Source: Bacteroidia bacterium
GTDB taxonomy: Bacteria > Bacteroidota > Bacteroidia > Bacteroidales > CAJPTX01
Direction: 5' to 3'
DNA: 64,000 nt
NCBI GenBank assembly: GCA_002749065.1
Contig: PDTX01000003.1
Span: 15,898 to 79,897, forward strand
In this document: positions 8,621-20,938 of the stretch, in pieces
How positions within the stretch are numbered: position 1 is the stretch's first letter
How the letters are laid out: each line of letters begins with the position of its first letter
Notes under the pieces: model-generated
Seen by the model: only the letters and a program-made list of their open reading frames with translations
Databases searched by the model: none
What the model was told of the DNA's origin: nothing
Translations under genes and position numbers: made by a program

Positions 8621-10927
8621 ATGATGATGGACGAGAATACGAGAAAGGATATGCCCGAGCTTTCGGGGCAGTCGCCCTGTGCAGAGGAGCAGGGCGCTTT
8701 GGCCGGTGCGCCGGTAGAGCCAGTGGCCCAGGAGGCGCCGCGGGCTGAGGTGGACGAGGCGCCGGTGGCCACGGATGGGGTGCAGACCCCCGTGTGCGCC
8801 GCGGAGCCACCGGCCGTGGATGCGCCCGCTATGGAGCTGGAGCAGGTGCCGTCCGTTGCGCCGGGGATGGACGAGGCGCCGGTGGCCACGGATGGGGTGC
8901 AGACCCCCGCGTGCGCCGTGGAGCCACCGGCCGTGGATGCGCCCGCCATGGAGCTGGAGCAGGTGCCGTCCGTTGCGCCGGGGATGGACGAGGCGCCGGT
9001 GGCCACGGATGGTGTGCAGGCCCCCGCGTGTGCCGCAGCATCGCCCGCCGTAGATGCGCCCGCCCTGGAGCTGGAGCAGGTGCCGTCCGTTGCGCCGGGG
9101 ATGGATGCAACCCCGGAGGAGGCGAAGGTGTCCGAGGCGGCGGAGCTGGAGGAGGGGAACGAGCTGGACAGCCTGGACCCCTTGAGCTTTGCCGAGCTGG
9201 TGGCCCTGATGGAGGCGAAGATGGCCGAGCCGATAACGGCCCAGCTCCGCATGGCGGTGGAGGACATCAAGACGGTGTTCTACCGCAAGGTGCGGGCCCA
9301 GCACGAGGAGGAGCGTCGCCAGTACGACCGTGCGCAGCGCGAGGCCGAGGAGGCGGGCGCCGGGGGCGAGGGGGATGAGGGCTTCACCCCGTCCAGCATC
9401 GCGGAGCTACCCCGCTTCCAGGAGCTGTACTCGCAGTTCAAGGAGGCGAAGAACGCGCACCGTCGCCGGGTGGAGCAGGAGCAGGAGCAGAACCTGGTGG
9501 CCAAGCGGCGCATTATAGACGAGATTTTGGCCCTGACCACGCGCGCCGAGGTGAAGGGGGCAACCTTCAACGAGTTCGACGAGCTCCGCAAGCAGTGGAA
9601 GGAGGTCGGCTTCGTACCCCAGCGCGAGGTGGACAACCTCTACAAGTCGTACACGCACGCGGTGGAGCAGTTCTTCGACTACCTGAACATCAACCGCGAG
9701 CTGCGGGACCTGGACCACAAGAAGAACTTCGACGCGAAGACCGCGCTCTGTAACCGGGCCGAGGAGCTGATAGTGATGCCCGACCCGGTGGAGGCCTTCC
9801 GCCGCCTACAGGACCTGCATGCGCAGTGGAAGGAGATAGGCCCGGTGATGCGGGAGAAGAGCGACGAGATATGGGAGCGCTTCTCGGCGGCCACGGCCCG
9901 CATCAACACCCGCCACCGGGAGCACTTCGAGGCCCTGAAGGTGAAGTACGAGGAGAACCTCGTGCGGAAGGAGGCTTTGTGCGCGGAGCTGGAGGAGCTG
10001 CTGGCCAGGGAGCGCAGCGCGCTCAAGCAGTGGTTCCAGGACTCGGAGCGGGTGGTGGCCATGCAGCAGGAGTGGCGCAAGATAGGCCCGGTGCCGCGCA
10101 AGCACAATGCCCGGATATGGGACCGTTTCCAGGAGCTCTGCGAGAAGTTCTTCACGGGGCGTAGGGAGTTCGAGAAGGGCGTTCGGGCTGAGGGGCAGGT
10201 GAATATCCAGAAGAAGCTGGACCTGTGCGTGCAGGCCGAGGCGCTCAAGGACAGCCAGGACTGGAGCGCGACGACCAAGGAGCTCATCGAGCTGCAGAAC
10301 CAGTGGAAGCAGGTGGGCTACACGCCCTACAAGAAGGGGAACGAGCTCTGGACGCGCTTCCGCACGGCGATGGACTTCTTCTTCGAGGCGCGGAACAAGG
10401 CCCAGGCCTCGGCCCGCGACAGCCAGCGGGAGAACCTCAAGCTCAAGCAGGCCATCATCGAGGAGCTGCGTGCCTACCAGCCCGGTGAGGATGTGCAGGT
10501 GTCGGTCGAGTGGCTCAAGCAGATACAGAACCGCTGGAGCGAGATCGGCTTCGTGCCCTTCAAGCAGAAGGATGCTGTGCAGCAGCAGTACCGCAAGGAG
10601 ATAGACCGCCTCTACGACATGCTGCGCGTCGACCGGCTGGAGCAGAACATGGAGACCTTCAAGACCCGGGTGGACGGGATGAAGGGGCAGGACGACGGGG
10701 CCCTCTCGCGGGAGAAGAGCCGCCTGAACGCCAAGGTGCGCGCCCTGGAGGCCGAGAAGCGGCAGATGGAGAACAACCTGAGCTTCTTCTCGTCGAGCTC
10801 GTCGGACAACCCGGTGCTCTCCCGCTTCCAGTCGCAGCTCGAGGGGCTGGACCAGGAGATCGCCCTCCTGCGCGAGAAGATGAAGCACGTCGACAAGGCG
10901 GCCAAGGAGGACAGCGCGGAGGAGTAG
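8621..10927 (+). CDS. DUF349 domain-containing protein with repeat-rich acidic N-terminus
   Basis: Repeated WKEIGPV/WRKIGPVP...W.RF helical units typical of Bacteroidetes DUF349. Confidence 0.85.
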   Translation: MMMDENTRKDMPELSGQSPCAEEQGALAGAPVEPVAQEAPRAEVDEAPVATDGVQTPVCAAEPPAVDAPAMELEQVPSVAPGMDEAPVATDGVQTPACAVEPPAVDAPAMELEQVPSVAPGMDEAPVATDGVQAPACAAASPAVDAPALELEQVPSVAPGMDATPEEAKVSEAAELEEGNELDSLDPLSFAELVALMEAKMAEPITAQLRMAVEDIKTVFYRKVRAQHEEERRQYDRAQREAEEAGAGGEGDEGFTPSSIAELPRFQELYSQFKEAKNAHRRRVEQEQEQNLVAKRRIIDEILALTTRAEVKGATFNEFDELRKQWKEVGFVPQREVDNLYKSYTHAVEQFFDYLNINRELRDLDHKKNFDAKTALCNRAEELIVMPDPVEAFRRLQDLHAQWKEIGPVMREKSDEIWERFSAATARINTRHREHFEALKVKYEENLVRKEALCAELEELLARERSALKQWFQDSERVVAMQQEWRKIGPVPRKHNARIWDRFQELCEKFFTGRREFEKGVRAEGQVNIQKKLDLCVQAEALKDSQDWSATTKELIELQNQWKQVGYTPYKKGNELWTRFRTAMDFFFEARNKAQASARDSQRENLKLKQAIIEELRAYQPGEDVQVSVEWLKQIQNRWSEIGFVPFKQKDAVQQQYRKEIDRLYDMLRVDRLEQNMETFKTRVDGMKGQDDGALSREKSRLNAKVRALEAEKRQMENNLSFFSSSSSDNPVLSRFQSQLEGLDQEIALLREKMKHVDKAAKEDSAEE
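8753..9103 (+). repeat. Three in-frame tandem 117-bp repeats (39 aa, DEAPVATDGVQTPVCAAEPPAVDAPAMELEQVPSVAPGM)
   Basis: Direct comparison of copies at 8753, 8870 and 8987. Confidence 0.95.
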
Positions 10928-10978
10928 GTTCGGGCTGGCGGCGCGCGTTTGGAATAATAGTTCGGAAGGAGTAATTGA

Positions 10979-12628
<1,650 letters not shown>

Positions 12629-12712
12629 CGGTGCAGATTCCGATTAGAGTAGTACATCAATTGCAAACCTCCCCAGCGGTTCAATGCCTGGCTGGGGCGC
12701 ATAGACGATTTC

Positions 12713-14572
12713 ATGGATAGGCAGTCGATAACGGGATTCGTCCTCATAGCCCTGATTCTCACGGGCTATTTTTTCTACACCAAGCCCAGCGATGAGGAGA
12801 TAGCCCGCATGCAGCGGGAGCGCGATTCGGTGGAGGCGGTGCGAGCACGGGAGCAGGAGCAGCAGCAAATGGCCCAGACCAATGGGCAGTCCGCCTCGCC
12901 ATCCGCGGGTGGTGGCGCAATGCTCGATTCGCTCTTCGTGCAGGACTCGCTCGTGCAGCAGTACCACCTGCGCAACGACAAGCTGGACCTGACGGTGGAG
13001 TCGCTGGGGGCCTACATCTCCGACGCGCATATCCGCGGCTTCAAGACCTGGGACGGCGACTCGCTGCGCCTGTTCTCCGGGAGCGGGAACGGGATGGTGC
13101 TCAACTTCTTCGCGAAGGGCGTGCCGGTGTCGACGGGCCAGCTGAACTTCTCGCTGGCCAGCCCGCTGCAGGGGCTGACGGCCCAGGCCCAGGGCGATAC
13201 GGCGCGCATGACCCTGGTGGCCCGGATGCCGGAAGGGGCCAAAATCGTGGTGGACTACGCGCTGCCCTTCGGGAGTTACATGCCCAGCCTCCGCTTCCGC
13301 CTGGACGGTATGCGCAGGGTGCTACCCTCCAACAGCAACTCGGTGGACATGCAGTGGAGCATGCGCTCGCCCCGCCAGGAGAAGAGTGTGGACCGGGAGC
13401 GCGAGTACACGATGCTGACCTACCAGGCCGCCAACGGGGACTTCGAGGAGATGGCCGCCACCGAGGACGGCGAGACCGAGCGGGTGAAGACCAAGATAGA
13501 CTGGGTGGGCTTCAAGGAGCAGTTCTTCTCGGCCTTCCTGGTGAACCGCGAGCACTTCGAGTTCTCCGACCTGTCGGTGCGCGCCGTGTCGGGCGACGAG
13601 GTCATCGCCGATTTCCGGGCGAACTTCATGCTGCCGCTCAGCGCCAAGCCCTCCACGGAGTACAACTTCGACCTCTACATGGGGCCGAACCTCTACAAGC
13701 TGCTGGAGGCCCAAGGGCAGGGCTTCGAGCAGGTGGTGCCCATGGGCGGATGGGTGATACGGTGGGTGAACAAGTACCTGGTTATCAACGTGTTCGACTG
13801 GCTCAACACCCGCATAGCGAGCTACGGCTTCATCATCCTGATTCTGACCCTGATGATAAAGCTGTTGGTCTTCCCGCTGACCTACAAGTCCTACACCAGC
13901 CAGGCGAAGATGCGGGTGCTCAAGCCGCTGATCGACGAGGTGAGCGCGAAGTACCCCAAGAAGGAGGACACGATGAAGAAGCAGTCGGCCGTCATGGCCC
14001 TCTACCGCAAGGCCGGGGTCAACCCCATGGGCGGCTGCCTGCCGATGCTCATCCAGTTCCCCTTCCTGATCGCGATGTTCCGCTTCTTCCCGGCCTCCTT
14101 CGAGCTGCGGCAGAAGGGCTTCCTGTGGGCGAGCGACCTCTCGAGCTACGACTCCATCCTGAAGCTCCCCTTCAGCATCCCCTTCTACGGCGACCACGTC
14201 TCCCTCTTCACCCTCCTGATGGCCGTGGCCATGTACTTCTCCACGGCCATGAACATGAAGCAGACCGACGCGATGAACCAGCAGATGCCCGGCATGAAGT
14301 ACATGATGCTCTACTTCATGCCCCTGATGATGGTGGTCTGGTTCAACAGCTACTCCTCCGGCCTGAGCTACTACTACTTCCTGTCGATGTGCATCACCAT
14401 CATCCAGACGCTGGTCATCCGCCGGACCATCGACGAGAAGAAGCTCTTCGAGCGGCTGAAGAAGAACGCCGAGTCGGACAAGAAGCCGAAGCGCTCGGGC
14501 TTCATGCAGCGCCTGGAGAAGATGCAGCGCGAGCAGCAGAAGAAGATGGAGCAGAAGGGGCGGGGACGCTAA
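12713..14572 (+). CDS. yidC: Membrane protein insertase YidC
   Basis: Periplasmic domain followed by NPMGGCLPMLIQFP and FLWASDLS. Confidence 0.97.
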   Translation: MDRQSITGFVLIALILTGYFFYTKPSDEEIARMQRERDSVEAVRAREQEQQQMAQTNGQSASPSAGGGAMLDSLFVQDSLVQQYHLRNDKLDLTVESLGAYISDAHIRGFKTWDGDSLRLFSGSGNGMVLNFFAKGVPVSTGQLNFSLASPLQGLTAQAQGDTARMTLVARMPEGAKIVVDYALPFGSYMPSLRFRLDGMRRVLPSNSNSVDMQWSMRSPRQEKSVDREREYTMLTYQAANGDFEEMAATEDGETERVKTKIDWVGFKEQFFSAFLVNREHFEFSDLSVRAVSGDEVIADFRANFMLPLSAKPSTEYNFDLYMGPNLYKLLEAQGQGFEQVVPMGGWVIRWVNKYLVINVFDWLNTRIASYGFIILILTLMIKLLVFPLTYKSYTSQAKMRVLKPLIDEVSAKYPKKEDTMKKQSAVMALYRKAGVNPMGGCLPMLIQFPFLIAMFRFFPASFELRQKGFLWASDLSSYDSILKLPFSIPFYGDHVSLFTLLMAVAMYFSTAMNMKQTDAMNQQMPGMKYMMLYFMPLMMVVWFNSYSSGLSYYYFLSMCITIIQTLVIRRTIDEKKLFERLKKNAESDKKPKRSGFMQRLEKMQREQQKKMEQKGRGR

Positions 14573-14590
14573 CTCTTATCCATTCGCACC

Positions 14591-15496
14591 GTGCGTCGGA
14601 AGCTGCTAGTCGTCCTCCTAATCATGCTCGCGGTCCTCTGCCTGATCGCCTTTGCGCTCCTGCAGTGCCCCGCACCCGGCCCGCAGCCCGAGGCCCCCGC
14701 CCCCAGCCCGGGGGTTGAGGAGCGCATTCCGGGGGGCTCAGGGGGGCAGGGCGACTTCCTCGGGCAGGACGTATCGGTCCTGCGCTCCATGGCCGAGCCG
14801 CTGCACGGGCGGGATGGCTACCCCGTGGTCCACCACGCGCACTACACGGTGGGCTACAGCACCCGGGAGGAGCACCCCGTGTGGGTGGCCTACACCCTGA
14901 CGGCCGCGGAGACGAAGAAGCGCCACAAGCGCAGCAACCAATTCCGGCCGGACCCCTCCCTGCCCGAGATGGACGTGAGCACCCGCGACTACTCGCGCAC
15001 CGGCTACGACAGGGGGCATCTGGCCCCGGCCGCCGATATGTCCTTCGACAAGCAGGCCATGCTGCAGTCCTTCTACCTGTCGAACGTGTGCCCCCAGCTC
15101 CCGGGCTTCAACCGGGGGGTGTGGTCGAGCCTCGAGGGCCGGGTGCGCGCCATCGCGTGGGCCTACGACTCGGTCTACGTGGTCACCGGCCCCCTCTTCC
15201 GCGACACCCTCGGGTGGATTGGCGTCCGGCGGCACATCCCCGTCCCGAGCCACTTCTTCAAGGCCCTGCTGACCCCGGACCTCCAGCATGCCGTGGCCTT
15301 CGTGCTGGAGCACACCAGCGGCCGGGGGGCGAACGGGCGGCTGGACCCAGCCGAGCAGATTGGCCAGGGGGCCTGCTCCATCGACGAGCTGGAGGCCCTC
15401 TCCGGGCTGGACCTCTTCCCCCTGCTGCCCGACGAGCTGGAGCAGCGCCTCGAGGCCCAGCCGCCCGACCTGCATGTCTGGGGCCTGGCCGACTAG
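14591..15496 (+). CDS. DNA/RNA non-specific endonuclease (NucA/EndoG family), exported or membrane-anchored
   Basis: GYDRGHLAPAAD active site, SFYLSNVCPQ and FNRGVW; hydrophobic N-terminus. Confidence 0.92.
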   Translation: MRRKLLVVLLIMLAVLCLIAFALLQCPAPGPQPEAPAPSPGVEERIPGGSGGQGDFLGQDVSVLRSMAEPLHGRDGYPVVHHAHYTVGYSTREEHPVWVAYTLTAAETKKRHKRSNQFRPDPSLPEMDVSTRDYSRTGYDRGHLAPAADMSFDKQAMLQSFYLSNVCPQLPGFNRGVWSSLEGRVRAIAWAYDSVYVVTGPLFRDTLGWIGVRRHIPVPSHFFKALLTPDLQHAVAFVLEHTSGRGANGRLDPAEQIGQGACSIDELEALSGLDLFPLLPDELEQRLEAQPPDLHVWGLAD

Positions 15497-15605
15497 CTTT
15501 TTATTTCCCCCGTGGCTTGCTACGAGTGGCGATTTTTGTAAATTAGAGGGGGAATAGCCTAGGGGTTTTCGTGCTAAGTCGTTGATATACAGTGGCTAGG
15601 AGCTG

Positions 15606-16580
15606 ATGATATCGATTTGTATCCCGGTCTACAACTTCGTTGTGGTCGACACGGTGAGCGCCCTTCTGCAGGAGGCCGACCAGCGTGGCCTCCCGGTGGA
15701 GGTCGTGCTCTTCGACGACCACAGCATGCCCTACTACGAGCAGCAGAATCGGGTGCTGCGCGAGCGGCCGGAGGTGAAGTACCTCCCCCTGATAGAGAAT
15801 ATCGGCCGCTCGCGCATCCGCAACCGCATGGCCGACCTGGCCACCGGTGAGTGGCTGCTCTTCATGGACTGCGACATGGCCCCCTACGACGGCGGCTTCC
15901 TGCGCAAGTACGCGGAGATGGTCGCCAGCGAGCACGACGTGGTCTGCGGTGGGGTCTACTCGGGGGAGCGCCCAGACGACCCCCAGCTCATGCTCCGGTG
16001 GCGCTCGGACAAGCTCCGGGCCAAGCACCAGAAGTGGCTGCTGCAGAATACGGACAGGCTGCTCATCAGCACGGGCAACTTCATGATACGCCGCGAGGTG
16101 TACCAGCGGGTGCGCTTCTCGGAGAGCCTCACGGGCTACGGCCAGGAGGACCAGCTCTTCGCGCTGGAGCTGGCCCGGATGGGGAGCTCGGTCGTCTGGA
16201 TTGATAACCCGACCCTGCACCTGGGCGAGGAGCCCAACGAGGAGTTCTTCGCCAAGATGGAGCAGTCGCTGGTCAACCTGGTGCGGGTGTGGAATGCGAA
16301 CCCGGACTTCCACCGGGAGATGCTGCGGGCGAGCCGAAGGCTGCGGGCCATCCACCTGCTCAAGTGCCTGCGCCTGTCGCGCCCGCTCCGCTGCCTCTTC
16401 CGCATGGCTAGGAGCCACCTGCGGCGCTACATCCTCTCCGGCCGCCGGAGCATGATGTGCTTCAGCCTGTACCAATCCGGCTACCTGATGGAGGCCTTCA
16501 GCGTGCCGAACCTCAACCGGCTGGCGGCCGCGGGTCTGCCGATGAGCTATGCCGAATCCAGTGTACATGATATAACCTAA
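15606..16580 (+). CDS. Glycosyltransferase family 2
   Basis: ISICIPVYN, DDHS, LFMDCD and GYGQED motifs. Confidence 0.9.
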   Translation: MISICIPVYNFVVVDTVSALLQEADQRGLPVEVVLFDDHSMPYYEQQNRVLRERPEVKYLPLIENIGRSRIRNRMADLATGEWLLFMDCDMAPYDGGFLRKYAEMVASEHDVVCGGVYSGERPDDPQLMLRWRSDKLRAKHQKWLLQNTDRLLISTGNFMIRREVYQRVRFSESLTGYGQEDQLFALELARMGSSVVWIDNPTLHLGEEPNEEFFAKMEQSLVNLVRVWNANPDFHREMLRASRRLRAIHLLKCLRLSRPLRCLFRMARSHLRRYILSGRRSMMCFSLYQSGYLMEAFSVPNLNRLAAAGLPMSYAESSVHDIT

Positions 16581-16593
16581 TCATATTAAAGCG

Positions 16594-17535
16594 ATGAAGA
16601 AAATCACTGTTGTAGGCGCCGGCAACGTCGGTGCGACCTGCGTGAACGAAGTGGCGAGAAGGCACCTGGCCGAGCAGGTGGTGGTGGTGGACCTCAACGA
16701 GGGCGCGGCCAACGGCAAGGCGCTCGACCTGTGGGAAACCTCGCCAATTCAGGGCTTTAGCACCCGCCTGGTGGGTGCGGGCAACGACTACTCCCTGACG
16801 AAGGGCTCGGAGGTGGTGGTCATCACCGCGGGCCTACCCCGCAAGCCGGGGATGAGCCGCGACGACCTGATAGGCACCAACGCGAAGATTATGAAGACGG
16901 TGGCCGAGAGCCTGGTGGCCCAGTCGCCGGAGGCCATTTTCATCGTGGTGACCAACCCGCTGGACGTGATGACCTACGCGTGCCTGCTGGCCTCCGGGCG
17001 GCCGCCGCGGAAGGTGTTCGGCATGGCGGGCATCCTCGACACGGCCCGCTACCGCGCCTTCATCGCGGAGGCGCTCAACGTGGCCCCGTGCGACATCCAG
17101 GCCATGCTGCTGGGGGGCCACGGCGACACGATGGTGCCGCTGCCGCGCTACACGACCGTGGCGGGCATCCCGGTGAGCGAGCTGATGGGTCAACAGGAGC
17201 TGGAGGCCATCATCGAGCGGACCAAGAAGGGTGGCGGCGAGATCGTGAACCTGATGGGCACCTCGGCCTGGTACGCGCCGGGCGCGGCGGCCGCCGAGAT
17301 GGTGGCCGCCATCGCCCGCAACGAGCGGCGTGTGCTGCCCGTGTGCGCGCACCTCGACGGGCAGTACGGCCTGAGCGGCATACACCTGGGCGTGCCGGTC
17401 ATCCTGGGCGAGAACGGCGTGGAGGAGGTCATAGAGCTGCAGCTCAACGAGCAGGAGATGGCCCTGCTGCACCAGTCGGCCGACCACGTGAAGAGCGTGA
17501 TGGCCACCCTCGATGGCATGAAGCTCTTCGCCTAG
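16594..17535 (+). CDS. mdh: Malate dehydrogenase (LDH-like)
   Basis: GAGNVG, TAGLPRKPGMSRDDL, LDTARYR and GGHGD motifs. Confidence 0.96.
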   Translation: MKKITVVGAGNVGATCVNEVARRHLAEQVVVVDLNEGAANGKALDLWETSPIQGFSTRLVGAGNDYSLTKGSEVVVITAGLPRKPGMSRDDLIGTNAKIMKTVAESLVAQSPEAIFIVVTNPLDVMTYACLLASGRPPRKVFGMAGILDTARYRAFIAEALNVAPCDIQAMLLGGHGDTMVPLPRYTTVAGIPVSELMGQQELEAIIERTKKGGGEIVNLMGTSAWYAPGAAAAEMVAAIARNERRVLPVCAHLDGQYGLSGIHLGVPVILGENGVEEVIELQLNEQEMALLHQSADHVKSVMATLDGMKLFA

Positions 17536-17559
17536 GGGGAGCTTGAACAAGGAATACAC

Positions 17560-17599
17560 GTAGTGCCCCCGGCGCGCGGGTCGTGCCGGGGGATGCTAC
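17560..17599 (+). other. GC-rich hairpin between mdh and the TonB receptor gene (no U tract)
   Basis: CCCCCGGCGCG-cgggt-CGTGCCGGGGG. Confidence 0.55.
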
Positions 17600-17624
17600 A
17601 GCAACCTAAATTATTGATACACCT

Positions 17625-19649
17625 ATGAATAGAAGTCTACGCCTTGCGCGCCTGGGCACGCTGTGCCTCTGGGGGCTGCTGCTTATCGCCCCGCTCAACC
17701 GCCTGAAGGCACAGTACGTCGCGGCCAGTAAGAGCAACATGAAGGTGATTCAGCCCCTCCTGCTCGATGGGCGCGAGCTGGGGCGCTACCGCATGTTCTC
17801 CGTGGCCGATGCGCTGCGCTACAACTCCGGCCTGCTCTTCAAGGACTACAACGGCCTGGCGGGCTTCAAGACCGTCAACGTGCGCAGCCTGGGGTCGGAG
17901 CGGACCCACGTGTTCTTCAACGGCATCGAGCTGGGCAATGCGCTCAACGGCCAGATAGACCTCTCGCGCTTCGGCATGGCCAACATGGGCAGCATGTCGC
18001 TCTACCAGGGTGCGCGCGGCGATATCTACCAGTCGGCCACCGACTTCGCCAGCTCCAGCAGCCTCTACCTGGAGTACCGGCGGCCCAGCTTCGCGGAGGA
18101 GAAGAAGACCAACTTCTCGGCCATGATGCGGGGCGGGGCCTTCATGACCTTCAACCCGAGCCTGATGTACGAGCATCAGCTCAGCGAGCGGCTCAGCACC
18201 TCCTTCAACTTCGACCTGCTCACCAGCCGGGGGAACTACCCCTACGACTTCCGCCTCTTCGACCAGAAGGGCCAGGAGCTCTACCACGAGAAGGGCTCGC
18301 GGGCCAACGGCAAGATACACGCCGTCCGGGCCGACGCCAGCCTCCACGGCCGCTTCAGCAAGGGCCTGTGGTCGGTGACCGCGTACGCCTACGGCTCGGA
18401 GCGCGGCGTGCCGGGGGCCATCATCAACCATACGACCTCCTACCGGGGCGAGCGCCTCACCGAGCGCACCTACTTCGTGCAGGGCGATGCCCGCTTCTTC
18501 GTCTCGCAGGCCTACCGCACCAAGCTGGCCTACAAGCTCAGCGAGAACTACATACGACTGGAGAACAGCGACAGCAAGGTCCGCAAGGTGGACGACTCCT
18601 GGAGGGAGTACGGGGCCTACATCTCCTCCCAGCACCTCTACGAGTTCAACGACATGTTCAAGCTCTCGGGGGCCTACGACGCCAACTTCAGCCTGATGCG
18701 CAAGTGGAACCAGATCACCGACCGGGCCTACAAGAACTTCGCGGACCCCTGGCGGGTAAAGCACCTGGGCTCGCTGGCCGGCAGCTTCAGCTGGAAGGGC
18801 CTGAGCGCCTCGGCGAGCGTGTACGGCACCTTCGTGCAGAACGCCGGCAAGGCGGGCTACAACCCCTACAAGGACGAGATGGCGGTGTCCCCGTCGCTGG
18901 TCCTCTCCTACAAGCCCTTCACCCTGATGCCCTTCTACGTGCAGGCCTACGCCAAGAAGTCGTACCGCGTGCCGAACTACAACGACCGCTTCGTGTCGCA
19001 CGTCCTGGGCGAGCGGCTCAAGCCGGAGGACGAAATCCAGTACGACTTCGGCCTCATGTACGACGGGGTGACCGACGGCCGCTTCCGCGAGTTCGGCCTC
19101 ACGCTCGACGCGTACTACAAGGACATCAAGGACAAGATCATAGCCTACCCCACCGGCGAGCTGATACGCTGGACGATGGACAACCTCGGCAAGGTGCGCG
19201 TCCTGGGCGGCACGGCCACCGGGCACATGCGCTTCCGCTTCACCGACGACCCGAAGGCCCTTCAGTTCAAGACCAAGCTGCAGTATACCTACCAGCGGGC
19301 CCAGGACATCACCAGCAAGGACGACCTCTACTACGAGAACCAGATACCCTACATCCCCTGGCACAGCGGCTCGGCCATCCTGAGCCTCCTGCTCCGCGGC
19401 TGGTCGCTCAACTACAGCTTCCTCTACGTGGGCGACCGCTACAGCCGCCAGGAGAACATCGCCTACTACAAGATGCAGCCCTGGTACAACCACGACGTGT
19501 CGCTGGGCAAGCGCTTCCAGCTCGAGGGGGGCTGGCGGCTCAACTGCATGCTGGAGGTGAACAACATCCTGGGCGAGGACTTCGAGATCGTGACCAACTA
19601 CCCCATGCCCAAGCAGAGCTTCCGTCTAACCGTAAACGTGGAGATGTAG
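17625..19649 (+). CDS. TonB-dependent receptor, BtuB-like
   Basis: Signal peptide; plug SVADALRY...KDYNGLAGFKTVNVRSLG...NGQIDLSRF; C-terminal VNNILG...NYPMP..FRLTVNVEM. Confidence 0.88.
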   Translation: MNRSLRLARLGTLCLWGLLLIAPLNRLKAQYVAASKSNMKVIQPLLLDGRELGRYRMFSVADALRYNSGLLFKDYNGLAGFKTVNVRSLGSERTHVFFNGIELGNALNGQIDLSRFGMANMGSMSLYQGARGDIYQSATDFASSSSLYLEYRRPSFAEEKKTNFSAMMRGGAFMTFNPSLMYEHQLSERLSTSFNFDLLTSRGNYPYDFRLFDQKGQELYHEKGSRANGKIHAVRADASLHGRFSKGLWSVTAYAYGSERGVPGAIINHTTSYRGERLTERTYFVQGDARFFVSQAYRTKLAYKLSENYIRLENSDSKVRKVDDSWREYGAYISSQHLYEFNDMFKLSGAYDANFSLMRKWNQITDRAYKNFADPWRVKHLGSLAGSFSWKGLSASASVYGTFVQNAGKAGYNPYKDEMAVSPSLVLSYKPFTLMPFYVQAYAKKSYRVPNYNDRFVSHVLGERLKPEDEIQYDFGLMYDGVTDGRFREFGLTLDAYYKDIKDKIIAYPTGELIRWTMDNLGKVRVLGGTATGHMRFRFTDDPKALQFKTKLQYTYQRAQDITSKDDLYYENQIPYIPWHSGSAILSLLLRGWSLNYSFLYVGDRYSRQENIAYYKMQPWYNHDVSLGKRFQLEGGWRLNCMLEVNNILGEDFEIVTNYPMPKQSFRLTVNVEM

Positions 19650-19650
19650 C

Positions 19651-20928
19651 ATGAGGTACGCACTGAAGCTGGCCCTGCCCCTGCTGACCCTCGCGGTCCT
19701 CGTGGCGGGCTGCCGCAAGGACGAGCACCCCTCCAACGTGGAGCAGGAGAAGATACCGGGCTACACCGCGCCCCAGGACCGCGCGACCATCAAGGCCCCC
19801 CGGGGCATGTACGTGCTCAACAACGGGGGGAGGGGCAACTACGAGACCACGGTGGACTACATCGACTTCGCCACCGGGGTCTACCACCACAACTTCTTCG
19901 CGGAGAAGAACACCCTGCTCTCGCTGGGCGACAACGGGCTGGCGATGAAGATCGCCCAGCAGAAGCTCTTCGTGGTGCTCAACGGCTCGCACCGGGTCGC
20001 CGTGCTGTGCGCCGACCCCGACGATGAGGCGAACTTCGGGCGGCTCCTCGGGGAGGTGGCCGTCAACCAGCCGAGCGACATCGTCATCGTGGGCGACTAC
20101 GCCTACGTGACCTCCATGATACGCCCCAAGACCGCGGAGGGCCGAAGGCCCCTGGGCGAGGTCATCCGCTTCGACATCACCCAGTTCGCCAAGGGCGCGG
20201 AGAAGCGCATCGCCCAGGAGGACATCCCCCGGGCCGACAGGGTGACCGTCGGCTGCCAGCCGGTGAGCATCGTGCGGGGGGGGACGGAGAGCCCGGGGGA
20301 GTACAAGGACTACCTCTTCGTGGCGAACTCCGGCTCGCTCAACGCCCCGGAGTTCGACAACACGGTCTCGTTCATCTCCATCGCGGATGGCGGCCTGGTG
20401 CTGCGGGGGCAGGCCGAGGTGCGCGCCCGGCCCTTCATGCTGATGGCGGCCCACGGCTTCCTGCTGGTGGGCACCAAGGGGGAGAGCGGGCTGGATGAGG
20501 CCCTGGAGCTGCAGAAGTACGCCATCGATGGGGACAGGGTGCAGCTCACGCCCGTGAAGGTGGGGGGGAAGACCCTCTCGCCCCGGGCCGAGGTGGTCAA
20601 GGCGACCTACAACCTGGATGACCTCTTCATGGTGAAGGGGCGGCCGTCGAGCAACGGCGCGGCGCGCGCACCCCGCTTCGAGGTCGTGAAGACCCTGCCG
20701 AGCAACCAGGAGGGCTACCATAGGTCCTCGAGCAAGCTCCCCGCGGCCCAGGTGCCCATCGAGGCGCTCACGGCGCTGGCCATCGCCCCGAACTTCGACC
20801 GCGTGGTGCTGGATGCCCGCAATGGCACCTCCAGCGGGCGGGTGCTCTACTTCAACTCGGAGGGCAAGCCCCTGTGGTCGGCCCGCGCGGGCATCATCCC
20901 CATGGCCGTGGCATTCCAAAACAAATAG
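19651..20928 (+). CDS. YncE/DUF5074 beta-propeller lipoprotein (BtuG-like)
   Basis: Lipobox VAGC; GMYVLNNG...TVDYIDF..G.Y..NFF...N...LGD motif. Confidence 0.78.
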   Translation: MRYALKLALPLLTLAVLVAGCRKDEHPSNVEQEKIPGYTAPQDRATIKAPRGMYVLNNGGRGNYETTVDYIDFATGVYHHNFFAEKNTLLSLGDNGLAMKIAQQKLFVVLNGSHRVAVLCADPDDEANFGRLLGEVAVNQPSDIVIVGDYAYVTSMIRPKTAEGRRPLGEVIRFDITQFAKGAEKRIAQEDIPRADRVTVGCQPVSIVRGGTESPGEYKDYLFVANSGSLNAPEFDNTVSFISIADGGLVLRGQAEVRARPFMLMAAHGFLLVGTKGESGLDEALELQKYAIDGDRVQLTPVKVGGKTLSPRAEVVKATYNLDDLFMVKGRPSSNGAARAPRFEVVKTLPSNQEGYHRSSSKLPAAQVPIEALTALAIAPNFDRVVLDARNGTSSGRVLYFNSEGKPLWSARAGIIPMAVAFQNK

Positions 20929-20938
20929 GAGGAGAAAG

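Noticed and set aside
17536-17624. Cobalamin riboswitch before the BtuB-like gene
   Set aside because: Spacer is too short and lacks B12-box sequence
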